Below are positions 9,727-19,853 of a stretch of 64,000 nucleotides of DNA, piece by piece. Source of the DNA: Planctomycetota bacterium (GTDB lineage Bacteria > Planctomycetota > UBA1135 > UBA2386); assembly GCA_029936315.1 (NCBI GenBank), contig JAPYTD010000004.1, forward strand, positions 43,153-107,152. The letters are read 5' to 3'. The notes under the pieces were generated by a model. It worked only from the letters and a program-made list of their open reading frames with translations. It had not been told where the DNA came from and ran no database searches. Within the stretch, counting starts at the first letter, position 1. Each line of letters starts with the position of its first letter. A program made the position numbers and the translations under genes.

Positions 9727-10599
9727 ATGCCAGACACTACGAGTTCAGCTGCAAACATCCTGACCCTGGGCAACAGCACGATTGACCTGCCGACGATGCC
9801 GGAGGTCTTGATCAAGCTGAATGAAATCATGGCGGATCCCGAAACTTCGGTGGCGGATGTCGCAAAAGTTGTGTCGGCGGACCCGGCGGTTTCGGCCAAC
9901 ATCCTTCGTATCGTCAACTCGGCCTACTACGGCCTGCAAGTGCGCGTTGCGTCGGTCAGCCTCGCCATCTCGGTGATGGGCTTCAACATGACCAAGAAGG
10001 TCGCGTTGAAGGCGGCCGTGTTTTCATCGTTCGGCCAACGTCGCGCGAAGATTCAGCACTTCGATCCGACGTCGTTCTGGAAGCACGCGGTCTACACGGG
10101 CGTGGCTGCTCGCGCGATGTCGCAGAGTTCGAGGCAGTTTGCCGACATGCACCCCGAGGATGCTTACATTGCAGGCCTGCTGCATGATATTGGCAAGATC
10201 ATCATGATGGAGAAGTCGACCCCACAGTATCTGGCGATGCTGCGTAAGTCGGCGCAGTCCGGTCGTTCCGAAGATGAGGTCGAACTGGAAGACTTCGGCT
10301 ACACGCACGCCGACGTCGGTTCCGTTCTGGCTATCAAGTGGTCCTTGCCTGAGGATCTTGCGACCGCCATCCGTTATCACCACGCCCCCGCGCGTGATCC
10401 ATTCCATCGCTCCCTATCGTCACTCATTCACCTCGCCGATCAATTGGCGTGGCGGGCCCAGATGCCATCAACGTTGGGTACGACGATTGCTCCGCTGGAT
10501 CACGAGGTCTACGACCAGATTGGCCTCAGTCCTGAGCAAGTCGAAGAACTGCTGCCGCAGATTCACGACGACTTCGCAGCTTCCGAGTTGCCCTGGTAG
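9727..10599 (+). CDS. HDOD domain-containing protein
   Basis: DLPTMP, DPAVSANILRIVNSAYY, AGLLHDIGK, E...GYTHADVG, AIRYHH. Confidence 0.9.
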   Translation: MPDTTSSAANILTLGNSTIDLPTMPEVLIKLNEIMADPETSVADVAKVVSADPAVSANILRIVNSAYYGLQVRVASVSLAISVMGFNMTKKVALKAAVFSSFGQRRAKIQHFDPTSFWKHAVYTGVAARAMSQSSRQFADMHPEDAYIAGLLHDIGKIIMMEKSTPQYLAMLRKSAQSGRSEDEVELEDFGYTHADVGSVLAIKWSLPEDLATAIRYHHAPARDPFHRSLSSLIHLADQLAWRAQMPSTLGTTIAPLDHEVYDQIGLSPEQVEELLPQIHDDFAASELPW

Positions 10600-10629
10600 T
10601 TCGGTCACCGCTCGAGTGGTGAGGTAGCC

Positions 10630-12060
10630 ATGAACTTCCGGCGGTGGGTCGTATTCACGTTCCTGATCCATGCCCTGGTTGTCATCGTCGACAAGGGCGG
10701 TGGTCTCATCCTCTACCTGCTGACTGCCGAGCGCGCCTCAGAACACGGCAAGTCGGGCATTGCGGCCTCGCTACCGTTCATCCTCGGGGCGCTCGCAAAC
10801 CTTGGCTTGGCTACGGCGCTCGTCTACTTTGTGCGACGCGACAAGGTCAAACCGCAAATCGCGTTTGAGACGTCGATGTGGGTGGCGCTCGTCTGGGGCA
10901 CCATCGTCGCTGTTGCGGCCGGGGTCTTCACTCTTGTGGTGTTGCCGTGGATCAATCCGGCTTGGCAGCTTGACTGGTTTGGCGTGGTACCGATTTGCGC
11001 TGTCATTCCGTTCTTGCTGATGGCGAGCTACGCCAACAGCACGCAGCTCGCAACCGAACGCATCAAGGGCTACGGCATGGTGCACCTGGCCACCTCGGTC
11101 AGCTTCTTGCCCGCGTTCTTCCTGCTGTTCTACTTGCTCGGTGGTTCGGTCGTCGGTGGCGATGTGCCGCTCGCGGTGGCGTGGGGCCGGCTGGTATCGA
11201 CCGTTCTTGTTGCTGTGTTGGCGGTGTGGTTGGTGCGCAAGGTTGTGACGATCCGGTTGCGGGTCAACCGAGAGTACCTTGGTGCTGCCGTGCGATACGG
11301 ATGGCGCGCCAACCTGACGTCGACACTGACTTACCTGAACCATCGCATCGACCTGGTGGTTCTGGGAGTCGTCTACGCCAGCTTCCTCGTGGATTCAGGG
11401 ACGGAGTGGGAAGCCGCGAAGAACCTGGCTGGCGAGCAGGTTGCCTACTACTCGATGGCGGTCACGTTCGCTGAGTTGGTTTGGCACTTCCCGGAGGCGA
11501 TGCGGGATCTGTTCTTCTCGAAGGTCGCTGGTAGTTCTCACGAACAGGCTCGCAAGCTCACGCCTGTGTTGTCGCGATTGGGCCTGTTGTTGTCGTTGGT
11601 TGGGGCGTCCGTCATCGTGTTGGTGATCGATCCGACGATGGCAGCGATCACTTGGGCTGCGAAGGGCGACAGTTCGATCTGGTATGACAATTGGAGCGAG
11701 CCTGTGCGGTCGTGCCTGTGGCTCCTTGTCCCGGGCACAGTTGGCTTCACGGTATCCAAAGTCCTGCAAGCGGACTTGGCGGCGCGCGATCATCTGCAAA
11801 CATGCATCAACGCCCAGGTCACCATCTTGGTCGTGATGCTGGGTCTCGACATCTGGTTGATACCGGAATACGGCTGCGCGGGCGCCGCTGTAGCCTCGAC
11901 CGCTGCCTACATCATTGGCACAATCTGGACCCTGTGGGCCTACAGTGCCCAGACCGGCGTGCGCATCTGGGAGTGCTTGTGCGTGCAGCGTTCGGACTTT
12001 GGCTACATTCGTGACATCCTGGCCGCTGTGATCAACAAGCTACGCCGCAAAGGATCATGA
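10630..12060 (+). CDS. Oligosaccharide flippase (Wzx/MATE-like)
   Basis: Multi-TM; NHRIDLVVLG, YYSMAV, IPEYGCAGAAVAS. Confidence 0.85.
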   Translation: MNFRRWVVFTFLIHALVVIVDKGGGLILYLLTAERASEHGKSGIAASLPFILGALANLGLATALVYFVRRDKVKPQIAFETSMWVALVWGTIVAVAAGVFTLVVLPWINPAWQLDWFGVVPICAVIPFLLMASYANSTQLATERIKGYGMVHLATSVSFLPAFFLLFYLLGGSVVGGDVPLAVAWGRLVSTVLVAVLAVWLVRKVVTIRLRVNREYLGAAVRYGWRANLTSTLTYLNHRIDLVVLGVVYASFLVDSGTEWEAAKNLAGEQVAYYSMAVTFAELVWHFPEAMRDLFFSKVAGSSHEQARKLTPVLSRLGLLLSLVGASVIVLVIDPTMAAITWAAKGDSSIWYDNWSEPVRSCLWLLVPGTVGFTVSKVLQADLAARDHLQTCINAQVTILVVMLGLDIWLIPEYGCAGAAVASTAAYIIGTIWTLWAYSAQTGVRIWECLCVQRSDFGYIRDILAAVINKLRRKGS

Positions 12061-12929
12061 CCCGCACTGCACCAGTGACTGTCATTGTGCCGGCGTTCAA
12101 CGCTGCGCCGTTTCTTGGGATGACTCTCGAGGCGCTGCAGTCGCAAACGCAAGTGCCTGAGCAGATCATTCTCATTGATGATGGCTCGACGGACGACACC
12201 GCCGCCATCGCCGAGCGCATGGGGGTGAAGGTTGTGCAGCAGGAACGCAAGGGACCGGGGGCATCTCGCAACCGCGGCCTCGAGTTGGCGGAGACGAAGT
12301 TTGTCGCGTTCTGCGATGCCGATGACTGGTACGTGCCCGACAAACTTGAGCGCGCCGTCGACATGCTGGAGAAGCTCGGTGCATCGTGCGCGTGTACTGA
12401 TGCCTGGATCGTGCGCGATGACCAAATCGAGGGTCGCAAGAACGAACCGCGGTCTGTTCCGAGTGTGCTGACGCTGGAGTACCTGCTGGCTAGCAATCCA
12501 ATCGTCTGCAGCACCGTCGTTGCTCGCCGTGATGCGGTTGAGCAGGCGGGTGGTTTCGACGAAGCCGAAGACCTGATCGCCACTGAGGACTACGACCTGT
12601 GGCTGCGCATGGCGGCCACAGAACCGGTTGCCTACTCGTCGCGGCCGATGACGTTCTATCGCGTGCACGCTGCGAGCCTGTCGGCGAACACGAGGTTCAT
12701 GCGAGGCATTGAGAAGATCCTGGAGCGCGTCGCCAAGCAGCATGAAGGCGAGGCGCACTTCCAAAACCTGATCAAACGACGTCGCGCCGGTGTTCGCCTG
12801 GATCTAGCGTGGGACTTGATTAGCGACGGCCGTCCGGAAGAGGCGCGCAAGGTGATTCGCGAGGCGCAAAATCTGGCGCCGACCTGGAAGGGCTTCAGGA
12901 TGCGGCTGCGTTCGTACTTTAAGCGATGA
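12057..12929 (+). CDS. GT2 glycosyltransferase
   Basis: VIVPAFN, IDDGSTD, GPGASRNRG, FCDADD, EDYDLWLR; ATGA overlap with the flippase. Confidence 0.92.
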   Translation: MTRTAPVTVIVPAFNAAPFLGMTLEALQSQTQVPEQIILIDDGSTDDTAAIAERMGVKVVQQERKGPGASRNRGLELAETKFVAFCDADDWYVPDKLERAVDMLEKLGASCACTDAWIVRDDQIEGRKNEPRSVPSVLTLEYLLASNPIVCSTVVARRDAVEQAGGFDEAEDLIATEDYDLWLRMAATEPVAYSSRPMTFYRVHAASLSANTRFMRGIEKILERVAKQHEGEAHFQNLIKRRRAGVRLDLAWDLISDGRPEEARKVIREAQNLAPTWKGFRMRLRSYFKR

Positions 12930-13714
12930 CTGTGACACGACCACTGCTTGGCGTGGTGCATCTAGGTGCGCTGCCGTCCGCGAGCCATCACGATTCGATG
13001 GCGAAGGTGCTGGCTGGTGCGCTCGAAGACGCGATGGCGTACGCCAACGCCGACTTCGATGGTCTCGTTATTGAGAACTTTGGTGATGCACCGTTCCATC
13101 GCGGCACCGTTGACGATCCTGTGCCGCCGGATGTGCCAGCTGCGTTGGCCGTGGCCGCGGATCGGATCGTGCAGAAGACCGGCTTGCCGATTGCTATCAA
13201 CTGTCTGCGCAACGATGGCATCGCAGCACTCGGGGTTGCGTCGGTCGTGGCCGCTCATTGGGTTCGCGTCAACGTGCTGACTGGCGCCTACGTCACCGAC
13301 CAGGGTTTGATCGCGGGCGATGCGGCTAGGTTGGCCGGGTATCGCCGGCAGCTGCGCGTGCAGACGAGCCTGCTCGCCGATTTCATGGTGAAGCACGCCA
13401 AGCCGTTGGTCGAGTTTGATGTGGCCGCGGCCGCTCGCGACCTGGCGGAGCGATCTGGTGCGGATGGCTTGGTGTTGTCCGGATCTCGGACGGGTCAGCC
13501 GGTCGATGTCGAACTCTTGCACACTGTGCGGCAAGCCGTGGGTGCGTTTCCGATCTGGATTGGCTCTGGCCTCAATCCAGACAACGCCAAGGAGTTGTGG
13601 CCGCGCTGCAACGGCGCGATCGTCGGGACGTGGTGCAAGGTTGGCGGCAAGTCGAGCAACGCGGTCGACCCGGAGCGCGCAGCGATTCTGCGTGCTGCCT
13701 GCGTACCCGGGTAA
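12926..13714 (+). CDS. BtpA/SgcQ family protein
   Basis: GVVHLGALP, IENFGDAPF, INCLRND, VKHA, ADGLVLSG.TG, IGSG, IVGT. Confidence 0.9.
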   Translation: MTVTRPLLGVVHLGALPSASHHDSMAKVLAGALEDAMAYANADFDGLVIENFGDAPFHRGTVDDPVPPDVPAALAVAADRIVQKTGLPIAINCLRNDGIAALGVASVVAAHWVRVNVLTGAYVTDQGLIAGDAARLAGYRRQLRVQTSLLADFMVKHAKPLVEFDVAAAARDLAERSGADGLVLSGSRTGQPVDVELLHTVRQAVGAFPIWIGSGLNPDNAKELWPRCNGAIVGTWCKVGGKSSNAVDPERAAILRAACVPG

Positions 13715-13726
13715 GGCAGGGGGCTA

Positions 13727-14761
13727 TTGGATGCCGAAAAGACCTTAGTGAAGGTTTTGTTGCTGACTCCATCGCCGACCCATTTGCACCTGGGTGGCAT
13801 TGCCACGGTCAACCGCTACCGCGAAGGGCTGCAGGGTTGCGGCCACTTGTGTGAGTTGTTCGGTGGCACGAGTGAAGGCGGCTTGAAGCAGTCGCTCGAA
13901 GGCACGATTGGTAGGTTTAACCCGGATATCATTCACGCGCATGACGCGTTGCGCTGCGGCATGTACCTGCTCGGTTCTCGGACCCCGTGGGTTATCTCCC
14001 TGAGCGGCGAGGACCTGCACTGCGACGCGCTCGACCCGGTCCATGGGCCGATGGTCTGTGAAGTCATTCGCCGAGCGAATCGTGTGTTGGTGCCGAGCGA
14101 GCAGGCGGCATTGGTTGTCGAAGAACGTGTGCCCGAAGCCATCGGCAAGATCGATGTCGTTGCCCGCGCGGCCGTCAAGTTGCCGACCAGTGGCACCGAC
14201 CTGCGCCGTTCGCTTGGCATTCCTCGACAGCGATTCTTGGTGTTCTTGCCGGGTGGACTGCGGCCCATCAAAGGTCAGCACCGGGCAATTTCGGTGATCA
14301 GCCTGCTGCGCGCCGCCGGCGCTGACATAGAGATGATTCTCGCGGGGCCTGAGCAAGATCCGGCCTACGCCGGTGAGTTGCGTGAGTTGTGCAAGCAACA
14401 GACTGCCGTGCGCGTGCTACCGGCGCTCGCGAAGGAACGCATGGGGGCCGCCTATCTCGACGCCGATGTCGTGCTCAATACCTCGCTCAGCGAAGGCGCT
14501 GCGCCAACGATTCTGGAAGCCGGCATCTTGGGTCGGCCAGTGATCGCATCCGACGTTCCTGGCAATCGCGAGTTGATCCGGCATAAGGAGACGGGCCTGC
14601 TGTTCCAGAACGAAGACGAGATGGCGAAGCAGATCCTCGCACTCTGTCGCAACCGTTCGGCGGCGGGCTCGCTTGGCGTTCGCATCCGCGAAGACTTCGG
14701 TCGTCGATTTGATGTCGAGCGCGAGATTCGTTCGCTGCTGTCGGCGTACGCGGCTGCCTAG
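13727..14761 (+). CDS. GT4 glycosyltransferase
   Basis: GLRPIKG, ADVVLNTSLSEG, ILEA.ILGRPVIASDVPGN. Confidence 0.88.
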   Translation: MDAEKTLVKVLLLTPSPTHLHLGGIATVNRYREGLQGCGHLCELFGGTSEGGLKQSLEGTIGRFNPDIIHAHDALRCGMYLLGSRTPWVISLSGEDLHCDALDPVHGPMVCEVIRRANRVLVPSEQAALVVEERVPEAIGKIDVVARAAVKLPTSGTDLRRSLGIPRQRFLVFLPGGLRPIKGQHRAISVISLLRAAGADIEMILAGPEQDPAYAGELRELCKQQTAVRVLPALAKERMGAAYLDADVVLNTSLSEGAAPTILEAGILGRPVIASDVPGNRELIRHKETGLLFQNEDEMAKQILALCRNRSAAGSLGVRIREDFGRRFDVEREIRSLLSAYAAA

Positions 14762-14938
14762 TTGTTTTTGGTTGTGGACCGCGCGGGCGTTGTGCGTGCG
14801 CTTTGCTCATTACTTGCGCAAGTGCTGCCTGCACGTCGTTGGCGCCAAACGGTTTGCGCAACATCGCCGTATGCCTGGATTGACTCCTAGCTGCGGACCA
14901 GCGCAGCAGCCAATTGGGCCCTGGGTCAGTTTCGGCCT

Positions 14939-16537
14939 CTAGGCATCATCAGGCAGCCTAGGCACTGGCGTCGTTTCGCCGGCTTCCTCGCTAGCCTCGC
15001 TCTGCTCATCGTCGTCGGGTTCTGGACGGTCCGCAGCGGGCGCGAACTTCTCAAAGATGTCGTGGAGTCGCTCCGCTTGCCAGGTCAACGCCGTCTGGAA
15101 CTCTTCGCTGATCTTCTCGCGCGTCGCCGACCGTAAGCGCGGCGTGCGCGCCTTCTGGAGGGCCTCGTAGCGGTAATTCGCGTCCAGCGCTTTGAGCTTG
15201 TCGCCGCTAGAATCGTCGAGCAGCGTACTGACAACGCCGCGGAAGTCAGAGTAGGTCAACAATTTGGGATCGAAGACGCCTGCCTCAAGCAGTTGCATCA
15301 TGTCGAGATGATCAAAGCCCAGCAGCATGCGCACGCTGGCCTTCTCATCCGGCACCGAATCAAGCATCGAACGCAGTTCGCGGATCGCTTCACTGCGCCA
15401 GCACATGATCGTGCCGCCGACTTCGATGTGTCGCGTCAGGCTCTTGATGAATGGGCCGCGCGGGTCGCTGCGATCCACTTGGGCCCACGAAACGTCTTCG
15501 ACGCGACCGTCTTCGTAGACTGTCTTGACGGCCCATGCGTACGGCGCCAGCTGCCATGGGCGCTGTTGGTGAAAGCGCGGCAACGGCTCGGTGACCGCGG
15601 CGATCGCGACGAAGTGCAGCGGCATCGTGCAGCCGTAGAGTTCTTCGGCCAAGAATGGCTCGATGATGCGTTCCTGCGATTGCATGCAAGCGAGTGTGCG
15701 GCGTTGGCGGAAGGTCAGGCCTTCGCGCGTGCCATCGAGGCTCATCAGTTCCTCGATGCCTTCCTTGTGCATCTCGATCTCTTGCTGGCGCGTCAGTTCC
15801 GGCAATTGATGTAACGGCAGTTTGGGCGCGTCCTTCAGGCAGCGTGCGACGTGCGGACACGGGAACGGGTTCTTGCAGAACGTTCCCATCGGCAGCTCGA
15901 GCACACTCTCGTTGGCGATGGCGACGCGAAAGTTCTTGATGCGCCGCATGGCATTCGGCACCTGCTTCTGCACCTTGGCCGTGACGTCCGCGCTGCGCAG
16001 CAGCTGCATGGGCGGGAAGTCCTCGCCTTCGGTGTGCGAGTACTTCGGGTTGAGGTGCAGCAAGTAGGCGGTCTTCAGCTTCAGGTCGCATTGCTCCAAC
16101 ACCGTCGCCTGCAAGGCAAGGTCGTTGATGTAGCGATACTTCACCTTGGTGCCGGACTTGATCTCAAACAAGTCGACCTGCTTTTCGTTGGTCTCCTTAT
16201 TGTGGTGCACGATCAGGATGTCGCATTGTACTTCGACCCCGTTCGCAATGAACGCGGCGTCGAACAACACAGGCGTGTCCTTGGCGAGCAGCTCCGCGGT
16301 TTGCTTCGCAGCTGCCTCGGCTCCCTCGGCGTCGACAACGACTCCCATTGGGAACGCCGTGCGCGCTAGTTCGCGCAACTCATCACCAACCCGCGACATC
16401 TCCTGCCTGCTAGCGGAGACCGACTCCTTGGTTGGTTCGTGGATATCAAGCCACAGTCGTTTGTGGCATTGCAGCCCGGCCTCGAACAAATGCTTGTCGA
16501 GATTCTTGGGGCCATTTGGCTTGGCGGACTTCTTCAA
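14939..16537 (-). CDS. DUF2779-like protein (Cas4-like PD-(D/E)XK nuclease N-terminal domain plus RNase H-like C-terminal domain)
   Basis: GLQCHKRLWL, CDIL...EIKS, DLALQ, C..P.PCP....C, LHQLP. Confidence 0.75.
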   Translation of the reverse strand: MKKSAKPNGPKNLDKHLFEAGLQCHKRLWLDIHEPTKESVSASRQEMSRVGDELRELARTAFPMGVVVDAEGAEAAAKQTAELLAKDTPVLFDAAFIANGVEVQCDILIVHHNKETNEKQVDLFEIKSGTKVKYRYINDLALQATVLEQCDLKLKTAYLLHLNPKYSHTEGEDFPPMQLLRSADVTAKVQKQVPNAMRRIKNFRVAIANESVLELPMGTFCKNPFPCPHVARCLKDAPKLPLHQLPELTRQQEIEMHKEGIEELMSLDGTREGLTFRQRRTLACMQSQERIIEPFLAEELYGCTMPLHFVAIAAVTEPLPRFHQQRPWQLAPYAWAVKTVYEDGRVEDVSWAQVDRSDPRGPFIKSLTRHIEVGGTIMCWRSEAIRELRSMLDSVPDEKASVRMLLGFDHLDMMQLLEAGVFDPKLLTYSDFRGVVSTLLDDSSGDKLKALDANYRYEALQKARTPRLRSATREKISEEFQTALTWQAERLHDIFEKFAPAADRPEPDDDEQSEASEEAGETTPVPRLPDDA

Positions 16538-16604
16538 AATGGTGGGGGTGGACGAGATGCCTGGCGCTCGGGCCGTAGCAGTGTAACGCTGGCGCTTTGC
16601 AGTC

Positions 16605-17342
16605 TCAACGCCGCGAGCGCGTGTGGCGGTATAGCAATAGCAGAACCAAGCCTACGGCGCCTCCGACCAGGATGGGAGTCCACAAGCGGTCGGCGAGGGT
16701 GGCGGGCTCATCGGGCACCCTGGCGAAGGTCAGTGTGTCAAGCCACCGGCGGAACTCAGGTTGCCATTGGGCGAATCGTTCCGGCGCGCAGCTGAACGAC
16801 AGTGTGATCTGTTGCTGGCCGGTCGGTGCATGCACGTCGAATGACTGGAAGCGGTCGTTGCCCTTGCCGACGCTGGACCGGGTCGCGACGATGCACTCGA
16901 CGTGCTGGGTGCCGATCTTCTCCCGCCCAACGGAGCCCACTTCGTGCGTGACGCCGGTGCGAGTGGTCTGTTCGCGCCAGTGGTTGCGAACGGTTTCCTC
17001 GACGCCGTCCTCGATATACCACTCGTCACGTTGCTCGACGACGTAGAGCCACGGACCGCGGAAGTCCCCGGCCAGCCACTGCTCAATAGGGCCCACTGCG
17101 TAGAAGTGGCTCGGTTGGGCCAGTCGCAGCAGCGCCGGCGAGTCCTCGTTCTCGCTGAGCTCGATGGCCTCATTGGGGGCTATCTGGCGCCAACCCGTTG
17201 GCAGATCGATCTGGTAGGTGCGATTGAAGTTCTTGAACGTCGCTAAGGACGAAACGGGATTCTGGCCAGCTGGGCTTTGGCCATTTGCAGAGTGGATGGC
17301 GGCGAGGCAGAGAGCCAGCGCCGCTACAAGCCGGACGAGCAT
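16605..17342 (-). CDS. Hypothetical exported protein with C-terminal TM anchor and basic tail
   Basis: Signal peptide; C-terminus VPDEP...ILVGGAVGLVLLLLYRHTRSRR. Confidence 0.7.
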   Translation of the reverse strand: MLVRLVAALALCLAAIHSANGQSPAGQNPVSSLATFKNFNRTYQIDLPTGWRQIAPNEAIELSENEDSPALLRLAQPSHFYAVGPIEQWLAGDFRGPWLYVVEQRDEWYIEDGVEETVRNHWREQTTRTGVTHEVGSVGREKIGTQHVECIVATRSSVGKGNDRFQSFDVHAPTGQQQITLSFSCAPERFAQWQPEFRRWLDTLTFARVPDEPATLADRLWTPILVGGAVGLVLLLLYRHTRSRR

Positions 17343-17517
17343 GCGCCCATCATTGCGGAATCGCCGCAACCGACGCAATGACTAGTCGTCGCCCCGAGTC
17401 AGGATGGGCGCCCATTTTTTTGAGTTGGCTGTCAGGAGCCGTGGGTTGGGCGAATCTGGAGAGCATCACCACAACCCATTCGTTCAGGAGGCGATGCGCC
17501 AATCCGGCGATCGATAC

Positions 17518-17859
17518 CTAGTTGCAGAGGTGCTCGGGCATGTCGATGACGTAGCCGAGGTAACTGTGCGAACTGGCGACAACCGGGGTGAGCAGCAAGC
17601 CGGTGCAGCGGTACTGCGCGACGATGACCGGCACGGATTCGCCGCGGCCAGGGCGATACCCAAAGTGCGCCGTTGGCGAGCGATGCTGGGGCGTGAACAT
17701 GCGCCACATCGGCCAGTTCGGCGCACCGGTGCAGCCGAGCGGTAACGGACTCGCCGTGGAACTGGCTGCCACCTGTGTTGAACCGGAGTGGTAGCAGAAG
17801 GTCTGTGCTGCGATGGCCTGGACTAGGAGTGCGACTAGCAGGTGTCTTTGGATCGCCAT
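17518..17859 (-). CDS. Small secreted hypothetical protein with 4 Cys (113 aa)
   Basis: Signal peptide MAIQRHLLVALLVQAIAA-Q; fills the gap between co-oriented genes. Confidence 0.55.
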   Translation of the reverse strand: MAIQRHLLVALLVQAIAAQTFCYHSGSTQVAASSTASPLPLGCTGAPNWPMWRMFTPQHRSPTAHFGYRPGRGESVPVIVAQYRCTGLLLTPVVASSHSYLGYVIDMPEHLCN

Positions 17860-17946
17860 GGAGTCAGTGGCCCGCAGCTCGACAGAACGGGCCGATAAAA
17901 CAAACGGCAATGACCTTCCGCAACGGCCACAGTCCCTTGCTGGCGG

Positions 17947-19848
17947 TTACTCGTCGACGGCCAGCGGCACCGGGCAGTCCCACAGTTCGCTCAGCGCGCG
18001 TACTAGATCGATCTCGTCCGGATCGAGGTAGCCGTCGTGGGCGGCAACCTCGGCGCACGCGGTGATCAAGTTGCGCTTGCCGAATGGTGACATGCGCGCG
18101 AGCCTTGCGATCGCATCATCCAGATGTTGCGGCTTGGCCTGTTGCTGGCTGCTCATCTTGACGTTTGACAGTGACAGCGCAGTCTTGCCACGGGCGAATG
18201 CGGCCTCGGCCTTTTCGTCGTCCCCACCTCCGCCTGCGTGCGCGATGACCGACAGCACCAGGGCTGCATGATCGGCGCACTGTTGCAGCGACAACGGGCG
18301 GCCGCGCGGTTGCACATTCTGTTCGCCGGTTGTGCGCACGTGTCGTTCGAGCGACTTGATCAGCGCAAACTCGAACGGCGACAGGTGCTCATCAGCCATC
18401 GCCAAATCGCGAGCGATCTTGCGCAGCTTTTGGCGCTCCGCGTTGGCCAGGCTGCGCAGCGCTGGCATCGTCAGTTCGATCAGCGGCAGACGCAGTCGAC
18501 GATCCAGCTTCTCGATTTCGCGATAGCACGCCTGGGTGTCGTGCGCGATGGCAGGGTTGTCCGCGGTCGCGTTCGTGAGCAGGTGCAATTGCTTGTCGCG
18601 CGCGGTCCGATCTTGGTCGAGCAGCAACGCGTAGACGAGGCATGGGGCACGGCCCGGTTCGTGCGCGGCGACGGTCAGGTCGAGCGGCAGTGACTCGAGC
18701 AGGTCGTGCGCCGCGGCAACGTGGCGCGGTTGTGGGTCGCCAACGGTGGCGAGCAACTTGCCGGGAGTCGTGCTGCCGGCGAGGCCCGCAACGGCACCGC
18801 CTGCGAACTGTGCGGCAACTGATGTTTCGGCGACGGCTTGGGTGAGCGTTCCATCAGTTTCGATGTGCTTGAGGAAGCCGGGTAGCACGCGTTCGATGCG
18901 TTGTTCGAGTGGTGGGTGGGTGGCCATTGCGCTGCCAAGCCGCGAAACCCCATCCGCGAACATCATGTGGCTGGCTTCTTCGGCGTGTGCATTTTTGACC
19001 TTGGCAGTCAGGCCGCCGATCTTGGCCAGCGCCATGCCGATGCCGCGCGGGTTGCGTGTGTACTGCACTGCCGCGGCGTCGGCCAGATACTCACGTTGGC
19101 GCGATACCGCCGCCTGGATCATGCGCGCGAAGAACACCCCGACGAAGCCGATTACGATCAGGGCAAGGCCGAAGAACATGATGCTCTGGCCGCCGTTGTT
19201 CTTGCTCCGGGAGCGATAGCCGCCGCTGTAGAAGCCCCCCTGCAGCAGAATGCGGCCGATGACTGCGATGCAGATGATGCCGTACAGCGTGCCCATTAGC
19301 CGGATGTTCAGGCGCATGTCGCCATGGAACACGTGGCTGAACTCGTGGGCGATGACGCCTTGCAGCTCATCACGCGTGAAAGCCTCGAGGCTGCCTCGCG
19401 TCACGGCGATCGCGGCATCGGATGGCGACCAGCCAGCGGCGAAGGCGTTGATGCCTTGCTCGTTGTCCATCACGAACACGTCGGGCACGGGCACGCCGGA
19501 TGCGATCGCCATCTCTTCGACGACATTGCGCAGCATGCGTTCCTTTGGATCCTTCGTGTCGAACTCGATTCTGCGACCACCGAGCATTTCGGCGACGGTG
19601 CTGCCACCGCTGCGCAGCTGTGCTGTCTTGAACAGCATCGCGCCACCGACAATGAGGATGACGACCCCGGCGACCGCGCCGAGCACTGGCCAGTCAATCA
19701 GATCGTTGTGACCGGTCTTGGCCACGATCAAGGTGGTCTTCGCGGCGATGTAGATGAGAGTGATGATGCACAGCACCGCAGCGAGGAAGAGCCACACGAG
19801 CCGTCCCGATGCTTTGCGTGCCTGATCTTGATGTCCGAAGAAGTCCAT
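17947..19848 (-). CDS. M48 family metallopeptidase (HtpX-like, long form)
   Basis: NVVEEMAIASG, INAFAAG, HEFSH (HExxH), SRQREYLADA, THPPL. Confidence 0.92.
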   Translation of the reverse strand: MDFFGHQDQARKASGRLVWLFLAAVLCIITLIYIAAKTTLIVAKTGHNDLIDWPVLGAVAGVVILIVGGAMLFKTAQLRSGGSTVAEMLGGRRIEFDTKDPKERMLRNVVEEMAIASGVPVPDVFVMDNEQGINAFAAGWSPSDAAIAVTRGSLEAFTRDELQGVIAHEFSHVFHGDMRLNIRLMGTLYGIICIAVIGRILLQGGFYSGGYRSRSKNNGGQSIMFFGLALIVIGFVGVFFARMIQAAVSRQREYLADAAAVQYTRNPRGIGMALAKIGGLTAKVKNAHAEEASHMMFADGVSRLGSAMATHPPLEQRIERVLPGFLKHIETDGTLTQAVAETSVAAQFAGGAVAGLAGSTTPGKLLATVGDPQPRHVAAAHDLLESLPLDLTVAAHEPGRAPCLVYALLLDQDRTARDKQLHLLTNATADNPAIAHDTQACYREIEKLDRRLRLPLIELTMPALRSLANAERQKLRKIARDLAMADEHLSPFEFALIKSLERHVRTTGEQNVQPRGRPLSLQQCADHAALVLSVIAHAGGGGDDEKAEAAFARGKTALSLSNVKMSSQQQAKPQHLDDAIARLARMSPFGKRNLITACAEVAAHDGYLDPDEIDLVRALSELWDCPVPLAVDE

Positions 19849-19853
19849 TCTCG

